Part shown: positions 1 to 9,785 of the stretch, piece by piece
Position numbering within the stretch: the stretch's first letter is position 1
How the letters are laid out: the number at the start of each line of letters is the position of its first letter
NCBI GenBank assembly: GCA_965214835.1
Contig: CBDCCK010000002.1
Span: forward strand, 224,001-288,000
Length of the DNA: 64,000 nucleotides
Reading direction: 5' to 3'
DNA from: Nitrosopumilaceae archaeon
GTDB lineage: Archaea > Thermoproteota > Nitrososphaeria > Nitrososphaerales > Nitrosopumilaceae
The notes under the pieces: model-generated
The model's input: only the letters and a program-made list of their open reading frames with translations
What the model was told of the DNA's origin: nothing
Database searches by the model: none
Program-made: the position numbers and the translations under genes

Positions 1-256
1 GCCCCGCATCGGTGACCTCAGACCACGGCAGGTTTAGATCAATGGCTGCCGCTTTCACCCCCAGCAGCTCCTTGATTCCAGAAACCCGGACGACGATTTT
101 TTTCTGTCCGGCCCACCAGGCTTCAAACCACTCAGGGTGAGATTTCCTCACATGCTCGGCGCCTAAAACGCATGCGTGTCCCACCTGGGCCGCAATCTTG
201 CCCCTGCCCATGCCAAGATCGGTTCTAACTACGATCGCCTGCTTGATCTCATCCAT
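1..256 (-). CDS. pth2: Peptidyl-tRNA hydrolase Pth2 (5' part; runs off window)
   Basis: Manual translation MDEIKQAIVVRTDLGMGRGKIAAQVGHAC...GQKKIVVRV...VTDAG matches PTH2 motifs. Confidence 0.93.
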   Translation of the reverse strand, partial: MDEIKQAIVVRTDLGMGRGKIAAQVGHACVLGAEHVRKSHPEWFEAWWAGQKKIVVRVSGIKELLGVKAAAIDLNLPWSEVTDAG

Positions 257-339
257 GATGGTAAGAGTGTGGAGTTAGAGAAAAACCTTAGCAATGCACC
301 AATTGTATACTAAAATAATTGGAAGTGAGTAAAAAAACC

Positions 340-1473
340 ATGTATGATGTTGTAGTTGCCGGGGGAAGCATAGCAGGCCTGCTGTGTGCAAGGGAGATTG
401 CACATGATGGTTTTTCAGTTCTGGTCTTAGAGGAGGACTCCGAGATAGGCACTCCGGAGCACTGCAGTGGGCTGGTAAGCAGCACGGGGCTAGGCGAGCT
501 AGGCATAATACCGTCACAGAAAACCTTTGAGCACGTGGTAAAATCTGCAGAAATTTTTGCGCCTGGTGGAAGGCGCATCACTCTGGACGCAAAAAATCAG
601 AGGGTGCTGGAGGTAAGCAGAAGGGAGTTAGACAAGCAGGCTGCATTCCAAGCGCAGAAAAACGGCGCAGTGTTAAGAGTAAAGACGCCTGTCCAGGAAT
701 TCAAAAACGACGGGGTCAGGACAAAGGGTGAGACCATAGGCTGCAGGATCATTGTAGATGCAAGGGGCGTCTCGTCCCTTATCCAAAAAGACAGGGACGG
801 GATTTTGGCATCTGCACAATATGAAGTCTATGCAGACTGGATCTCAAAGGGCAAAATACAGCTGTTCTTTGATCAGGAAAAATACCCCGGGTTCTTTGCA
901 TGGGTCGTGCCGTCTGGAGAATCACGGGGAAAGGTGGGGGTTGCGGGAAGGCAGATAAACCCCGCAAGCCGGCTAGAGGAGTTCCTGGAACAGAGGGGGG
1001 ACTGTTCGATAATCAGGAAGATTTTTGCGCCAATATGGGTGAAGGGCCCAATCGGGGCATTTGTTGAGGGAAACGTTGTAACCGTGGGGGATGCCGCCGG
1101 ACAGACCAAGCCAACTACGGCAGGAGGAATATACACGGCGGGGATGGGCGGAATCCTGGCAGGCAGGTCAATTTCAGAGTACCTGAAAACAAATGATCCT
1201 AAAAGGCTAGGCGGGTATCAAAAGCAGTGGAACGAGAGGTTTGGCCGCGAGTTTGAGAAGCAGCTACTTGCAAGAAGGATACTGGAAAGGCTGTGCAACG
1301 ATACGCTGGACAAAATATTTGATGCGGTAACCCCAGAAATGCTTGCAGAGATCTCCGAGCGGGACGACTTTGACTTTCATACAAGCTCAATTGTAAGGCT
1401 ATTGGGACTGAGGGGCTCCCTAAAGACCGCGCAGGCGCTGATTGGAGGGGAAATCAAAAAACTACTCAGATGA
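340..1473 (+). CDS. Geranylgeranyl reductase-family FAD-dependent oxidoreductase
   Basis: YDVVVAGGSIAG FAD motif, CSGLVS, FAWVVP, VGDAAGQTKPTTAGGIY. Confidence 0.88.
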   Translation: MYDVVVAGGSIAGLLCAREIAHDGFSVLVLEEDSEIGTPEHCSGLVSSTGLGELGIIPSQKTFEHVVKSAEIFAPGGRRITLDAKNQRVLEVSRRELDKQAAFQAQKNGAVLRVKTPVQEFKNDGVRTKGETIGCRIIVDARGVSSLIQKDRDGILASAQYEVYADWISKGKIQLFFDQEKYPGFFAWVVPSGESRGKVGVAGRQINPASRLEEFLEQRGDCSIIRKIFAPIWVKGPIGAFVEGNVVTVGDAAGQTKPTTAGGIYTAGMGGILAGRSISEYLKTNDPKRLGGYQKQWNERFGREFEKQLLARRILERLCNDTLDKIFDAVTPEMLAEISERDDFDFHTSSIVRLLGLRGSLKTAQALIGGEIKKLLR

Positions 1474-1615
1474 ATGTGCGGGTCCGGCCAGGAAAAACGT
1501 GCATCAAAAAGTTGCACGTTCCGTTTGCAGTTCTGCAGGACTTGATCCAAGCCGGCGCATCTCTGCCCGGCTGGACTGTTGATCAGATACGCCACGGCGG
1601 CCTTTTTAGCAATAC

Positions 1616-1673
1616 GCCCATAGTCCTGTGGCGCCCACATCAAAAAACGGATCATGATTTTGACATATCGTGC
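1616..1673 (-). repeat. Dispersed repeat family F, copy 1
   Basis: Reverse complement GCACGATATGTCAAAATCATGATCCGTTTTTTGATGTGGGC matches 17682-17736. Confidence 0.6.
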
Positions 1674-1784
1674 CTGTTTTGACACAGGTGGAAAGTCCTA
1701 GGACGCCCCACAGGATGCTCTAGAGGGGTTCTTTGAAAGATGCCCGGAGCTTGGGCTGCTCGCGCTCCCCCGCAGGGATTGAAC

Positions 1785-1875
1785 ATAACAGTCCATCCCC
1801 CAGGCGATGCTGCAGGTCATAACCTTGATCACCGTGCCCACCACGCCGCATTTTCGGGAGGGGGTAAACTCTTAC
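1785..1875. mobile_element. MITE family B copy
   Basis: Ends ...GGGGTAAACTCTTAC; 9-bp TSD GGATTGAAC/GGATTGAGC; body matches other B copies. Confidence 0.8.
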
Positions 1876-2055
1876 GGATTGAGCACATGATAAAAGCGCC
1901 TCGTCCTAGCAAGGCGGTGGATCAACCCCTTGCATGTCATGTGCTTGGCACCGGTTGATCTCTTTTGGTTCGGGGATGCCGTTTTTTTTTTTTGCACGTC
2001 TGGGAAGGCGGAAATTCTAGGGAAGGTATAAATGCGGTAGTCAGAGATTTCTGTC

Positions 2056-2235
2056 ATGTCATCTACCATCTCGTTGCCACTTTGTAGCTGCTGTCACAGA
2101 CACATCATGCCCAATGACAAGTGCGTAAAGTTCAGCTGCCCAGACTGTGGATCGATCCTGATCTGGAGGTGTGAGAGTTGCAGAGAGTCGGCAAAGGAAT
2201 TTTCATGCGAATCGTGCGGTTTCCGGGGGCCCTGA
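2056..2235 (+). CDS. Small Zn-ribbon protein (DUF1610/HVO_2753-like) upstream of EF-1beta
   Basis: [59 protein letters not shown]; four CxxC, ends GFxGP; conserved archaeal position before EF-1beta. Confidence 0.88.
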   Translation: MSSTISLPLCSCCHRHIMPNDKCVKFSCPDCGSILIWRCESCRESAKEFSCESCGFRGP

Positions 2236-2236
2236 C

Positions 2237-2518
2237 ATGGCACGGCTGCTCCTAGTCTGCAAAATACTGCCAAAGGGAACGGAGGTAAACCTAGACGAGC
2301 TACCGGACAAAATTGCAGAAAAGCTCCCCGATGAAATCAAGACCCGAAACCACGAAAAAGAGCCACTGGCATTCGGATTGTTCTTCCTGAAAATGGAGTT
2401 CATCATGGAGGATGCCGGGGGATTGCTGGACAAGCTAGAAGAGGCCGTAAAGTCCGTAGAGGGCGTCAGCGAGTTCGAGGTCTTACAGCAGAGTAGGATG
2501 TCAGTCGACATGAAATAG
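2237..2518 (+). CDS. ef1b: Translation elongation factor 1-beta
   Basis: KILP...EPLAFGL...VEGVS motifs. Confidence 0.93.
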   Translation: MARLLLVCKILPKGTEVNLDELPDKIAEKLPDEIKTRNHEKEPLAFGLFFLKMEFIMEDAGGLLDKLEEAVKSVEGVSEFEVLQQSRMSVDMK

Positions 2519-2528
2519 GTGGGGTACC

Positions 2529-4694
2529 TTGGCACGTAATGACGAGCCCCTGCAGATGCGCGTAGGCGAGGCCAAGCAGCGGGATATTGGGAAAAAACGA
2601 GCACGCATAGGTCCGGATGCCATGGACTATCTCAATGTGACGCCCGGGGACATCATTGAGATTCAGGGAAACAAGGCAAGCAGTGCAGTGGTATGGCCTG
2701 CAGACGAGGACGAAAAGCACCCGGACGTTGTCAGGATCGACGGACAGATCAGGAAAAACACCGGCTCGTCGCTAAACGATACTGTAAAAATCAAAAAAAC
2801 ATCTGCCAGGGTCGCAAAATCCATCACGCTGATGCCGGTAAACGATTCAGTCACGGTAGACAAGGAGTTTACCGACTTTGTAAAAAACCGGCTGAGGGGA
2901 ATGCCGCTCTCAGAGGGAGACGAGATCTCGGTCATGATTCTGGGAAACTCCATGGACTTTAGGATCAACAAGGCAAGCCCGAAATCAATTGTAAAGATAG
3001 ACAGAACCACGACCCTTGCAATCTCAGCCGAGTCCATCGACAGAAAGCCGAGGGTGACCTACGAGGAGGTGGGAGGCCTGCAGGCAGAGATCAAGGCCAT
3101 GAGGGAGATAGTAGAGCTGCCGCTACGGCACCCGGAGCTGTTCAACAGGCTGGGGGTGGAGGCACACAGCGGGATACTGCTTTATGGCCCGCCGGGATGC
3201 GGCAAGACCCTCATTGCAAAGGTCTTGGCAAGCGAGTCTGAGGCCAACATGTACCTGATCAACGGCCCGGAGATCATGAACAAGTATTATGGGGAGACCG
3301 AGGCGAGGCTCAGGGACATCTTCAAAGAGGCCAAGGACAACTCGCCAAGCATAGTATTCATCGATGAAATCGACGCGATTGCTCCAAGGCGAGAGGAGGC
3401 ATACGGGGACGTGGAGAAGAGAGTCGTGGCGCAAATGCTCGCACTGATGGACGGACTGACAGACAGGGGAAACGTGATTGTCCTGGGCGCAACCAACAGG
3501 CCAGACAGCGTGGATCCCGCACTGAGGCGGCCGGGCAGGTTTGACAGGGAGTTTGAGATCTCGGTTCCAAACGAGGACGGGCGGTACGAGGTTCTCCTGA
3601 TCCACACCAGAGGCATGCCGATTGCGGGGGGAATAGATCTCAAGGACCTGGCATCGGAGCTGCACGGATACACGGGGGCCGACATCAAGTCACTGTGCAG
3701 GGAGGCGGCAATGAAGGCAATCAGGAGATACCTGCCCGAGATTGACCTGGAGACGGAGAAGATCCCCTCTGAGGTTCTGCAGTCAATGGAGATAAAGCTG
3801 CTGGACTTTTATGAGGCAATGCACGAGGTTGTCCCTACCGCGATGAGGGAGTTCTATGTCGAGAGGCCAAAGGTCTGGTGGGACGACGTGGGGGGCCTAG
3901 AGGACATCAAGAGGACGCTCAACGACAACCTGCTGCTCGGGATGAAGGAGCCCCAAAGGTTCAGCAAGATGGGGATAAAGCCGCCAAAGGGCGCGCTGAT
4001 CTACGGGGCTCCAGGATGTGGCAAGACTCTCCTAGCAAGGGCGCTGGCAACCGAGAGCGGGGCAAACATGATTCTGGTCAGGGGTCCTGAAATCCTTTCC
4101 AAGTGGGTGGGAGAGTCCGAAAAGGCAGTAAGGGAAATCTTCAGAAAGGCAAAGGCGTCGTCTCCCTGCGTTATTATTTTTGATGAGATGGACTCGCTTG
4201 CAAGATACAAGACAGATGAGGGAGGGGCGGGGGAGAGCATCCTCAGCCAGCTGCTCACAGAGATGGAGGAAGGCATCACCTCAAGGGTGGTAGTCGTGGG
4301 AATCACCAACCGGCCGGATCTGCTGGACAGCTCACTGCTGAGAACAGGAAGGCTGGATCTTGTATTGCACGTAAGACATCCAGACGAGAGGGGGAGGCTG
4401 GAGATCATAAGGACGCTTACAAGGAAGATGCCCCTGGCAGGGGATGTCAAGCTGCAGGAGATTGCAGTTGCCACGCAGAACTACACGGGTGCCGACCTGG
4501 CAGCGCTCTGCAGGGAGGCCGCAGTGCATGCAATGCAGAACGATTCTGAAAAGATCACCAGTGCGAACTTTTCTGCGGGCCTCAAAAACGTAAGGCCCTC
4601 GGTGACAAAGGAGGTCGACCAGTGGTACAACACGATAAGGGAAGGTATATCTAACGTGATTCCAAAGACAATGGATAAGACGTTTTACGGTTAA
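2529..4694 (+). CDS. cdc48: CDC48/VCP family AAA+ ATPase
   Basis: CDC48 N-domain and two AAA modules (GPPGCGKT/FIDEID; GAPGCGKT/FDEMD); C-terminal FYG. Confidence 0.96.
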   Translation: MARNDEPLQMRVGEAKQRDIGKKRARIGPDAMDYLNVTPGDIIEIQGNKASSAVVWPADEDEKHPDVVRIDGQIRKNTGSSLNDTVKIKKTSARVAKSITLMPVNDSVTVDKEFTDFVKNRLRGMPLSEGDEISVMILGNSMDFRINKASPKSIVKIDRTTTLAISAESIDRKPRVTYEEVGGLQAEIKAMREIVELPLRHPELFNRLGVEAHSGILLYGPPGCGKTLIAKVLASESEANMYLINGPEIMNKYYGETEARLRDIFKEAKDNSPSIVFIDEIDAIAPRREEAYGDVEKRVVAQMLALMDGLTDRGNVIVLGATNRPDSVDPALRRPGRFDREFEISVPNEDGRYEVLLIHTRGMPIAGGIDLKDLASELHGYTGADIKSLCREAAMKAIRRYLPEIDLETEKIPSEVLQSMEIKLLDFYEAMHEVVPTAMREFYVERPKVWWDDVGGLEDIKRTLNDNLLLGMKEPQRFSKMGIKPPKGALIYGAPGCGKTLLARALATESGANMILVRGPEILSKWVGESEKAVREIFRKAKASSPCVIIFDEMDSLARYKTDEGGAGESILSQLLTEMEEGITSRVVVVGITNRPDLLDSSLLRTGRLDLVLHVRHPDERGRLEIIRTLTRKMPLAGDVKLQEIAVATQNYTGADLAALCREAAVHAMQNDSEKITSANFSAGLKNVRPSVTKEVDQWYNTIREGISNVIPKTMDKTFYG

Positions 4695-4695
4695 A

Positions 4696-4992
4696 ATGGC
4701 AATCCCGATCAGAAACCAGGTGTTTGACAGGATCCAGGCTGCAGGATCGCTAACGGACGTTGAGCTGTCAAAGGCTCTTGTAAAAGACGAGATAGAGATC
4801 AAGGAGGACAGGTTCAACAAGATACTCTTGGATCTGGAAATCCTGGGGCTGATCAACGTATCCTGGGTTACAAAGGATGCGCGCAGGGTGGAGGTCGCAA
4901 GGCAGGTCGGGGACGAGGACGAGGTGGAAAAGCAGAACCGGGAAATGATGGAAAAGGATTACGAGTCCAGCTTTCCGGGCGCCGACGGCTAG
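4696..4992 (+). CDS. Conserved hypothetical protein (winged-helix-like) downstream of cdc48
   Basis: 98-aa ORF 1 bp after cdc48; FNKILLDLEILGLINV. Confidence 0.75.
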   Translation: MAIPIRNQVFDRIQAAGSLTDVELSKALVKDEIEIKEDRFNKILLDLEILGLINVSWVTKDARRVEVARQVGDEDEVEKQNREMMEKDYESSFPGADG

Positions 4993-5894
4993 ACTCGTAT
5001 GTGAAACGCAGCGTCTAGTGCGACGGCCATGAAGATTATCGTAAGATATGGTGCCGTTACCTTGTATGCCCTCCATGCAAAGTCAGAGGTGGGGGTTTTT
5101 GTCAGCTTGTAATGATATGCGAGCATCAGTCCCCCGGAGGCTGCGGCAATTACTGCGTATACCAGCCCCATTCCAAAGACATACAGCACCAGCGAGAACG
5201 GCAGCAGGATGATTGTGTTTGCCAGTATGTACCTCGAGGTCTTTTGCATCCCGATTACGACGGGCAGCATGGGGACGTTGGCCTGTGCGTACTCGTCCTT
5301 GATTTTCATTGCAAGGCACCAAAAGTGGGAGGGGGTCCAGACAAAGACCAGGAACCCGACTAGGAATCCAAGCAGATCCAGGGTTCCGGTAGCTGCCGCC
5401 CAGCCGGCCCAAGAGGCCGCGCTTCCGGCTATGCCGCCGACTACGATGTTTGAGGTGTTCAGCCGCTTGAGCCATGCGGTGTACACTATGACATAGGAGA
5501 ATATCCCCAAGGCTATGAAGGATGCAGATGCCGCGTTGATCAGGAGGTACCCGTAGACTACCGAGGCGGCGCTGACGGCGAGTCCGTAGGTTAAGACGCC
5601 GGAGGCAGACATTCGTCCGGACGGAATTGGCCGCCGGCTGGTTCTTTTCATCTTTGGATCAATGTCCCTGTCGTAGTAGTGGTTCAGGGCGCTTGAGCCG
5701 GCAGAGGCCAGTGCGCCGGCAACGATGATGTGGAGGTATGCCCAATAGTCCAGATCTGGAGCGCCCGGAACCAGCCTGCTTGCGCCATACATGGAGGTGA
5801 CGGCGGTGATCACCAGCAGGATGACGATTCGCGGTTTTGATATCTCCAGTATTTCCCTGAGTCCCAATCCTCTTCTTGCCAGTTTGTAGGGCAT
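4989..5894 (-). CDS. ctaB: Protoheme IX farnesyltransferase (heme o synthase)
   Basis: NHYYDRDIDPKMKRTSRRPIPSG, YTAWLKR, WTPSHFW. Confidence 0.93.
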   Translation of the reverse strand: MPYKLARRGLGLREILEISKPRIVILLVITAVTSMYGASRLVPGAPDLDYWAYLHIIVAGALASAGSSALNHYYDRDIDPKMKRTSRRPIPSGRMSASGVLTYGLAVSAASVVYGYLLINAASASFIALGIFSYVIVYTAWLKRLNTSNIVVGGIAGSAASWAGWAAATGTLDLLGFLVGFLVFVWTPSHFWCLAMKIKDEYAQANVPMLPVVIGMQKTSRYILANTIILLPFSLVLYVFGMGLVYAVIAAASGGLMLAYHYKLTKTPTSDFAWRAYKVTAPYLTIIFMAVALDAAFHIRV

Positions 5895-5914
5895 TTAATT
5901 TATTCGACAAGTCC

Positions 5915-6007
5915 GGGGGCCGTCCAATTTTTTCCCACAGGCTGCCCACCTGGCCCCACCTGTGTGTGCAGCCTCGGACGCAAGACGGGACATTTTTGGC
6001 CAACCAC
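5915..6007. repeat. Dispersed repeat family D, copy 1 (MITE-like)
   Basis: TTTTTCCCACAGG...CGGGACATTTTTGG shared with 56362-56445. Confidence 0.55.
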
Positions 6008-6097
6008 ACACAAAAGACGGCACGAATGTACATGCGGGCCAGACCTTGCGGCAGTGCTGTGGTCCAACAGTGAAGTTTTGTGGCAATCCATGCCGCA

Positions 6098-6206
6098 GTA
6101 ACGGATCGGGCTCTGGAATCTGTTCCTGATTCCAGGCACGAATCTGCCCGTGAGGGGCCTCCGAGGTGATAAAACTCACGCCTGAACTTCGAGCCCGGCC
6201 TGTTAC
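6098..6206. mobile_element. MITE family A copy (TSD not retained)
   Basis: GTAACGGATCGGGCTC...GAGCCCGGCCTGTTAC TIRs; body matches 18084-18194. Confidence 0.8.
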
Positions 6207-6473
6207 ATTAACAGTTGGAGTTGTTTCAGCAGACAATTTTTTCGTTTGTCTTTTTCTGCAGGAGGATTTTCTAAAATAGAGTTTGTTGCAGTCTTAGATA
6301 AGGCATGAAAAGATTCGTCACGAACTGTTTTAGTAGTTATTCCCACGCTTTCATTTGCACGTTTTCAAAAAATGCTGAACAGATGTATTGAATCTTCATG
6401 GATTCGATGTTTTACTGTTACGCCAATACTTGCAACGCTTGCATGAATACTAGCATATACCATAACGCTAGAA

Positions 6474-7006
6474 TCAGGAAATATCTTTATCTTCGTCAAC
6501 GCATACGTCGTCTGGCAAGTCAGACGGAATCCCCAGAGTATCAAGAACCTTGTCAAAAGATTCGCCCAATGTTTCTTTATCTATTTCATGTAGGTTTCTT
6601 TCGTCAGATTCAATAGGATTTGCTTCATTGGCTTTATCTCGTAATCGGCGTGTACGCTCTAAAATTTGATTTACAGTTGCATCATCTGCTTTGCCATGCT
6701 CGGCAATTTGAATAATTTCACCTGCGATAGGAATTACTGCGTGTCCAATGCGATTTGGGGATCATCGTGTCTTATTTTTGCAGTTTTAAATCGTTCAGCC
6801 ATTCTTTCAAGAACTAGTTCCGCATCACGGATTCCTTGATAGAAATATAAGCTGTTTTTGTCAGTAATTGAGAGCCATTTATCTTCAGCATCCAATAATT
6901 TTTGTTTGAATTCATCCAAATCGTCAACTATAGTCTCATCTGCCACCCCGTCATCTTCCATCTTGCTGACTCGGTCAGTAATGTGATCAAACAGCGTAGC
7001 AGACAC
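6474..7006 (-). pseudogene. Frameshifted AT-rich acidic helical protein gene of unknown function
   Basis: ORF 6734-7006 continues after shifts near 6735 and 6590 (IPIAGEIIQIAEHG...; LHEIDKETLGESFDK...DIS*); visibly lower GC than flanks. Confidence 0.55.
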
Positions 7007-7038
7007 TATGATTCGACCTCCGTTAGGTTTCTCACATT

Positions 7039-7114
7039 AGGCTTTGCGTAATCGACCCGAATGGGATGGATTTGTTCGTAATAATCCTAGATCTGAACCG
7101 ATTACGCAAAGTCT
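7039..7114. mobile_element. 76-bp MITE with ends related to the IS5-like element at 48521-50238
   Basis: TIRs AGGCTTTGCGTAATCG / CGATTACGCAAAGTCT; 3-bp TSD ATT. Confidence 0.8.
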
Positions 7115-7345
7115 ATTGGGATAGCCAGGATCTGCTGATCAAAGTCATTTTCGGTGCCGTGTGCCCATGATCTACATGGTTAACGGTGTTTTGCAGAAAT
7201 TTTTTGGACGGTCCCTGATCCGCCCATGTCGTGCCGCATCTGAAAGCAGTCGAAAGGTACGGGGTGCATAATCCAAAAAGTAGTCTGTCCCTTATCCGAG
7301 TGTTTTCAAAAGAATTAAGTATATCACCCCAAGAATCAAGCTTAA

Positions 7346-8437
7346 ATGAGCAACTGGGACCTGATGATGCCCGGGATGGGCCTTACGTCAATTGGCTTGG
7401 CAGGCGTGGTTTTGGCATATGCCGAAATTGCCCATACGTTCATAGACGGTCTGCATGCCCTAGCCGGACTGACGATGTTTATCGGCCTGATCATCCTGGC
7501 AGTCGGAATCCTGGATGGCGGGGTGTCGACTAGCAACAGGGCAAAGGCGACGGTCCTAGTTGTCCTGTCAATATCGCTCGGGTTTGGAGCGTGGGCATTT
7601 ACGTACAATACAATCAGCACGTCTGCAACGTTTGCGGGGATTCTGATGGCAATCGCGGCGCCTGCGACAATTATTGCGTACATTTCAGCCAAGCACGTCA
7701 AAGTCGTAAAGCCGGTCTCGATAATCTTCATCCTGGGGTCGGTGGCAGGAATAGCAGCATATGTCGGGTTTGGCCTGGTGGGGCCATCGCCGTATCTGAT
7801 ACCCGAGGAGGCCGAGATTGTAGAGGAGCCCGTCGAGGAGATCCCGGCGGGGCCAGAATACGTAATCAGGATGCTGGAGGGATCAGCAGAGCAGGGAGCC
7901 CCGGACTATGATCCTGACGAGGCGACGGTGCCGCAGGGGCATATCGTTACCTGGATAAACGAGGACTCTGTGGCACATACATCAACAAGCCAGGCAGACT
8001 TTGGAGAGACGTTTGATACGGGTCTGTTGAGCGCAGGTGAGGAGTACAGGCTGGACACGTCGGAGCTGGAGGCCGGGGAATACGAGTACTTTTGCCTCGT
8101 ACACCAATGGATGACCTCAAAGCTGATCATCGAGGATGCCGGAACAGCCGTCGAGGTCTCGATTCCGGAGGGTGCGGCAAATAATGAGCCCGGACAGGAG
8201 GCCTATCTGCCGGAGGTGGTAGAAGTCGAGGCAGGCACGACGGTCAGGTGGATCAACGATGACTCGGTGGCACATACGGTGACGTCTGGAAACACAAAGA
8301 TCGGGAACACGGACCTGTTTGACTCCGGCCTGATGGCACAGGAGGCAGTATTTGAGCATACGTTTACCGAGGCAGGCCAGTATCCTTACTACTGCATACT
8401 GCACCCGCTAATGGAAGGCACGGTAATAGTGAACTAG
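7346..8437 (+). CDS. Membrane protein with two plastocyanin-like type-1 copper domains
   Basis: 4-5 N-terminal hydrophobic helices; HTSTS...CLVHQWM and HTVTS...CILHPLM ligand sets. Confidence 0.9.
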   Translation: MSNWDLMMPGMGLTSIGLAGVVLAYAEIAHTFIDGLHALAGLTMFIGLIILAVGILDGGVSTSNRAKATVLVVLSISLGFGAWAFTYNTISTSATFAGILMAIAAPATIIAYISAKHVKVVKPVSIIFILGSVAGIAAYVGFGLVGPSPYLIPEEAEIVEEPVEEIPAGPEYVIRMLEGSAEQGAPDYDPDEATVPQGHIVTWINEDSVAHTSTSQADFGETFDTGLLSAGEEYRLDTSELEAGEYEYFCLVHQWMTSKLIIEDAGTAVEVSIPEGAANNEPGQEAYLPEVVEVEAGTTVRWINDDSVAHTVTSGNTKIGNTDLFDSGLMAQEAVFEHTFTEAGQYPYYCILHPLMEGTVIVN

Positions 8438-8440
8438 TCG

Positions 8441-8845
8441 TTGACAGACACAGTAATCCTCACAGAATCCCAAAGGCAGGCCCTGCAGAATCACGCGCAG
8501 CGGCACGAGCCAAACGAGTCATGTGCCATACTTTACGGCAAAAGCGACGGCAGCAAGACGACGGTAGATGGGATTTTCCTCACAGAGAACGTAGACGAGT
8601 CCCCGGCAAACTTTACGATATCTGACGACGAGCTTGTTGCGGCATACAAAAGGGCCGAGCAGGACAACACGCGCGTGGTCGGCATATTCCATTCCCATCC
8701 CAGCTCGGAGGCGTTTCCGTCAATCACAGACAGGCGATTCATGGAGATAAACCCGGTAGTATGGATAATCTATTCGGGAGCCAGCTTGGATTTTCGGGCA
8801 TTTGTGCTAGAAGGCCAAGTCAGGGAGATAAAGATTTCAGGCTAG
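8441..8845 (+). CDS. JAMM/MPN+ (M67) metalloprotease
   Basis: PNESCAIL...FHSHP...PSITD JAMM motif. Confidence 0.9.
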   Translation: MTDTVILTESQRQALQNHAQRHEPNESCAILYGKSDGSKTTVDGIFLTENVDESPANFTISDDELVAAYKRAEQDNTRVVGIFHSHPSSEAFPSITDRRFMEINPVVWIIYSGASLDFRAFVLEGQVREIKISG

Positions 8846-9228
8846 GCCCTGCCGAAGGCTCCCGTTGCATTTTCGGCATGCCTGAGGACAGACCTGTCAG
8901 GATCGAGAATCCGTCCAATGACGTTTACTGGAGAGTACGGCCTGATCTCCCCCCTGTCCCCTATGGGAGTGGGGCCATAAAACAGACAGATTGCCCTGCC
9001 TGCGGGCCAGTATGCAACGTCGTTTAGCTCTACAAGGGGCCTTGCGTTTTCCTCGCCAATCAAGACCGGGGTGGATCCGGTATAGATCTCATCGCCCCAT
9101 ACGTTCAGGTCGGCGCTAAACGGCAGGCTGTCAACGAGCCTCCGTACCGTTTCAGGCGAGCTGTTGCCATCAAGCTCTAGGGTTATGTCAGGTGCATTTG
9201 GAATCTCCAGTCTGACCAGAGGCTTCAT
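8842..9228 (-). CDS. Cyclophilin-like (TM1367-like) protein
   Basis: WGDEIY, DVAYWP...ICLFYGPTP, SPVNVIG. Confidence 0.85.
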   Translation of the reverse strand: MKPLVRLEIPNAPDITLELDGNSSPETVRRLVDSLPFSADLNVWGDEIYTGSTPVLIGEENARPLVELNDVAYWPAGRAICLFYGPTPIGDRGEIRPYSPVNVIGRILDPDRSVLRHAENATGAFGRA

Positions 9229-9278
9229 GCATGATGGAGGATCCTAGAATTAAATATCCCTTCCCGTCTATCAGAGGC

Positions 9279-9536
9279 ATGGAAGTTCACGTATACGATA
9301 CGTACGTAAAGGCTCAAGACGGCCATACTATGCACTTTGACGTAATCACAGGCGAAAAGGATCACGACAAGGCAATTCAGTATGCAAAGCAATGGCTGTC
9401 AACAATCGGGGAGGGCGATTCTGCGGTTACGACCGAAGAATGCCAGTTCTGCCACTCCCAGGGGGCCCCCGAGCCGGTCTCCCAGGCAATCGAGAAGGAC
9501 GGATACTTTATCCAAAAAATGGAAGGCTGCCCCTAG
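9279..9536 (+). CDS. DUF2024 family protein
   Basis: HVYDTYVK...MHFDV...ECQFCHS...GYFI. Confidence 0.85.
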   Translation: MEVHVYDTYVKAQDGHTMHFDVITGEKDHDKAIQYAKQWLSTIGEGDSAVTTEECQFCHSQGAPEPVSQAIEKDGYFIQKMEGCP

Positions 9537-9596
9537 AGTCAACCCCCACCCCTTTAATTTTTCAAGGTTTTTTAAGAGACCGGGCAAAGGTCATAC

Positions 9597-9785
9597 ATGG
9601 GGATACAATACTCAAAACTAACCGTGGCAGGGGACAAGAAGACGGAATGGATTTGCGGGTGCTTTCATACCACGGACGGGTTCTTCAAGTTTTGCCAAAG
9701 CCATGACGAGGCGCTAGCCCGGGCCATCAGGTCTCAGATCGACGAGCTGGACATGACACTGGCAGTAGACGACAAGACCGGCTAG
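9597..9785 (+). CDS. Small hypothetical protein (CGCxH...C motif)
   Basis: 62-aa ORF with upstream AT-rich promoter-like sequence. Confidence 0.6.
   Translation: MGIQYSKLTVAGDKKTEWICGCFHTTDGFFKFCQSHDEALARAIRSQIDELDMTLAVDDKTG

Noticed and set aside
1685-1935. GGAAAGTCC resembling the RNase P RNA signature
   Set aside because: No matching 3' P4 strand found, and the segment is interrupted by a MITE. The short CTAGGACG/CGTCCTAG inverted pair is too weak to call.
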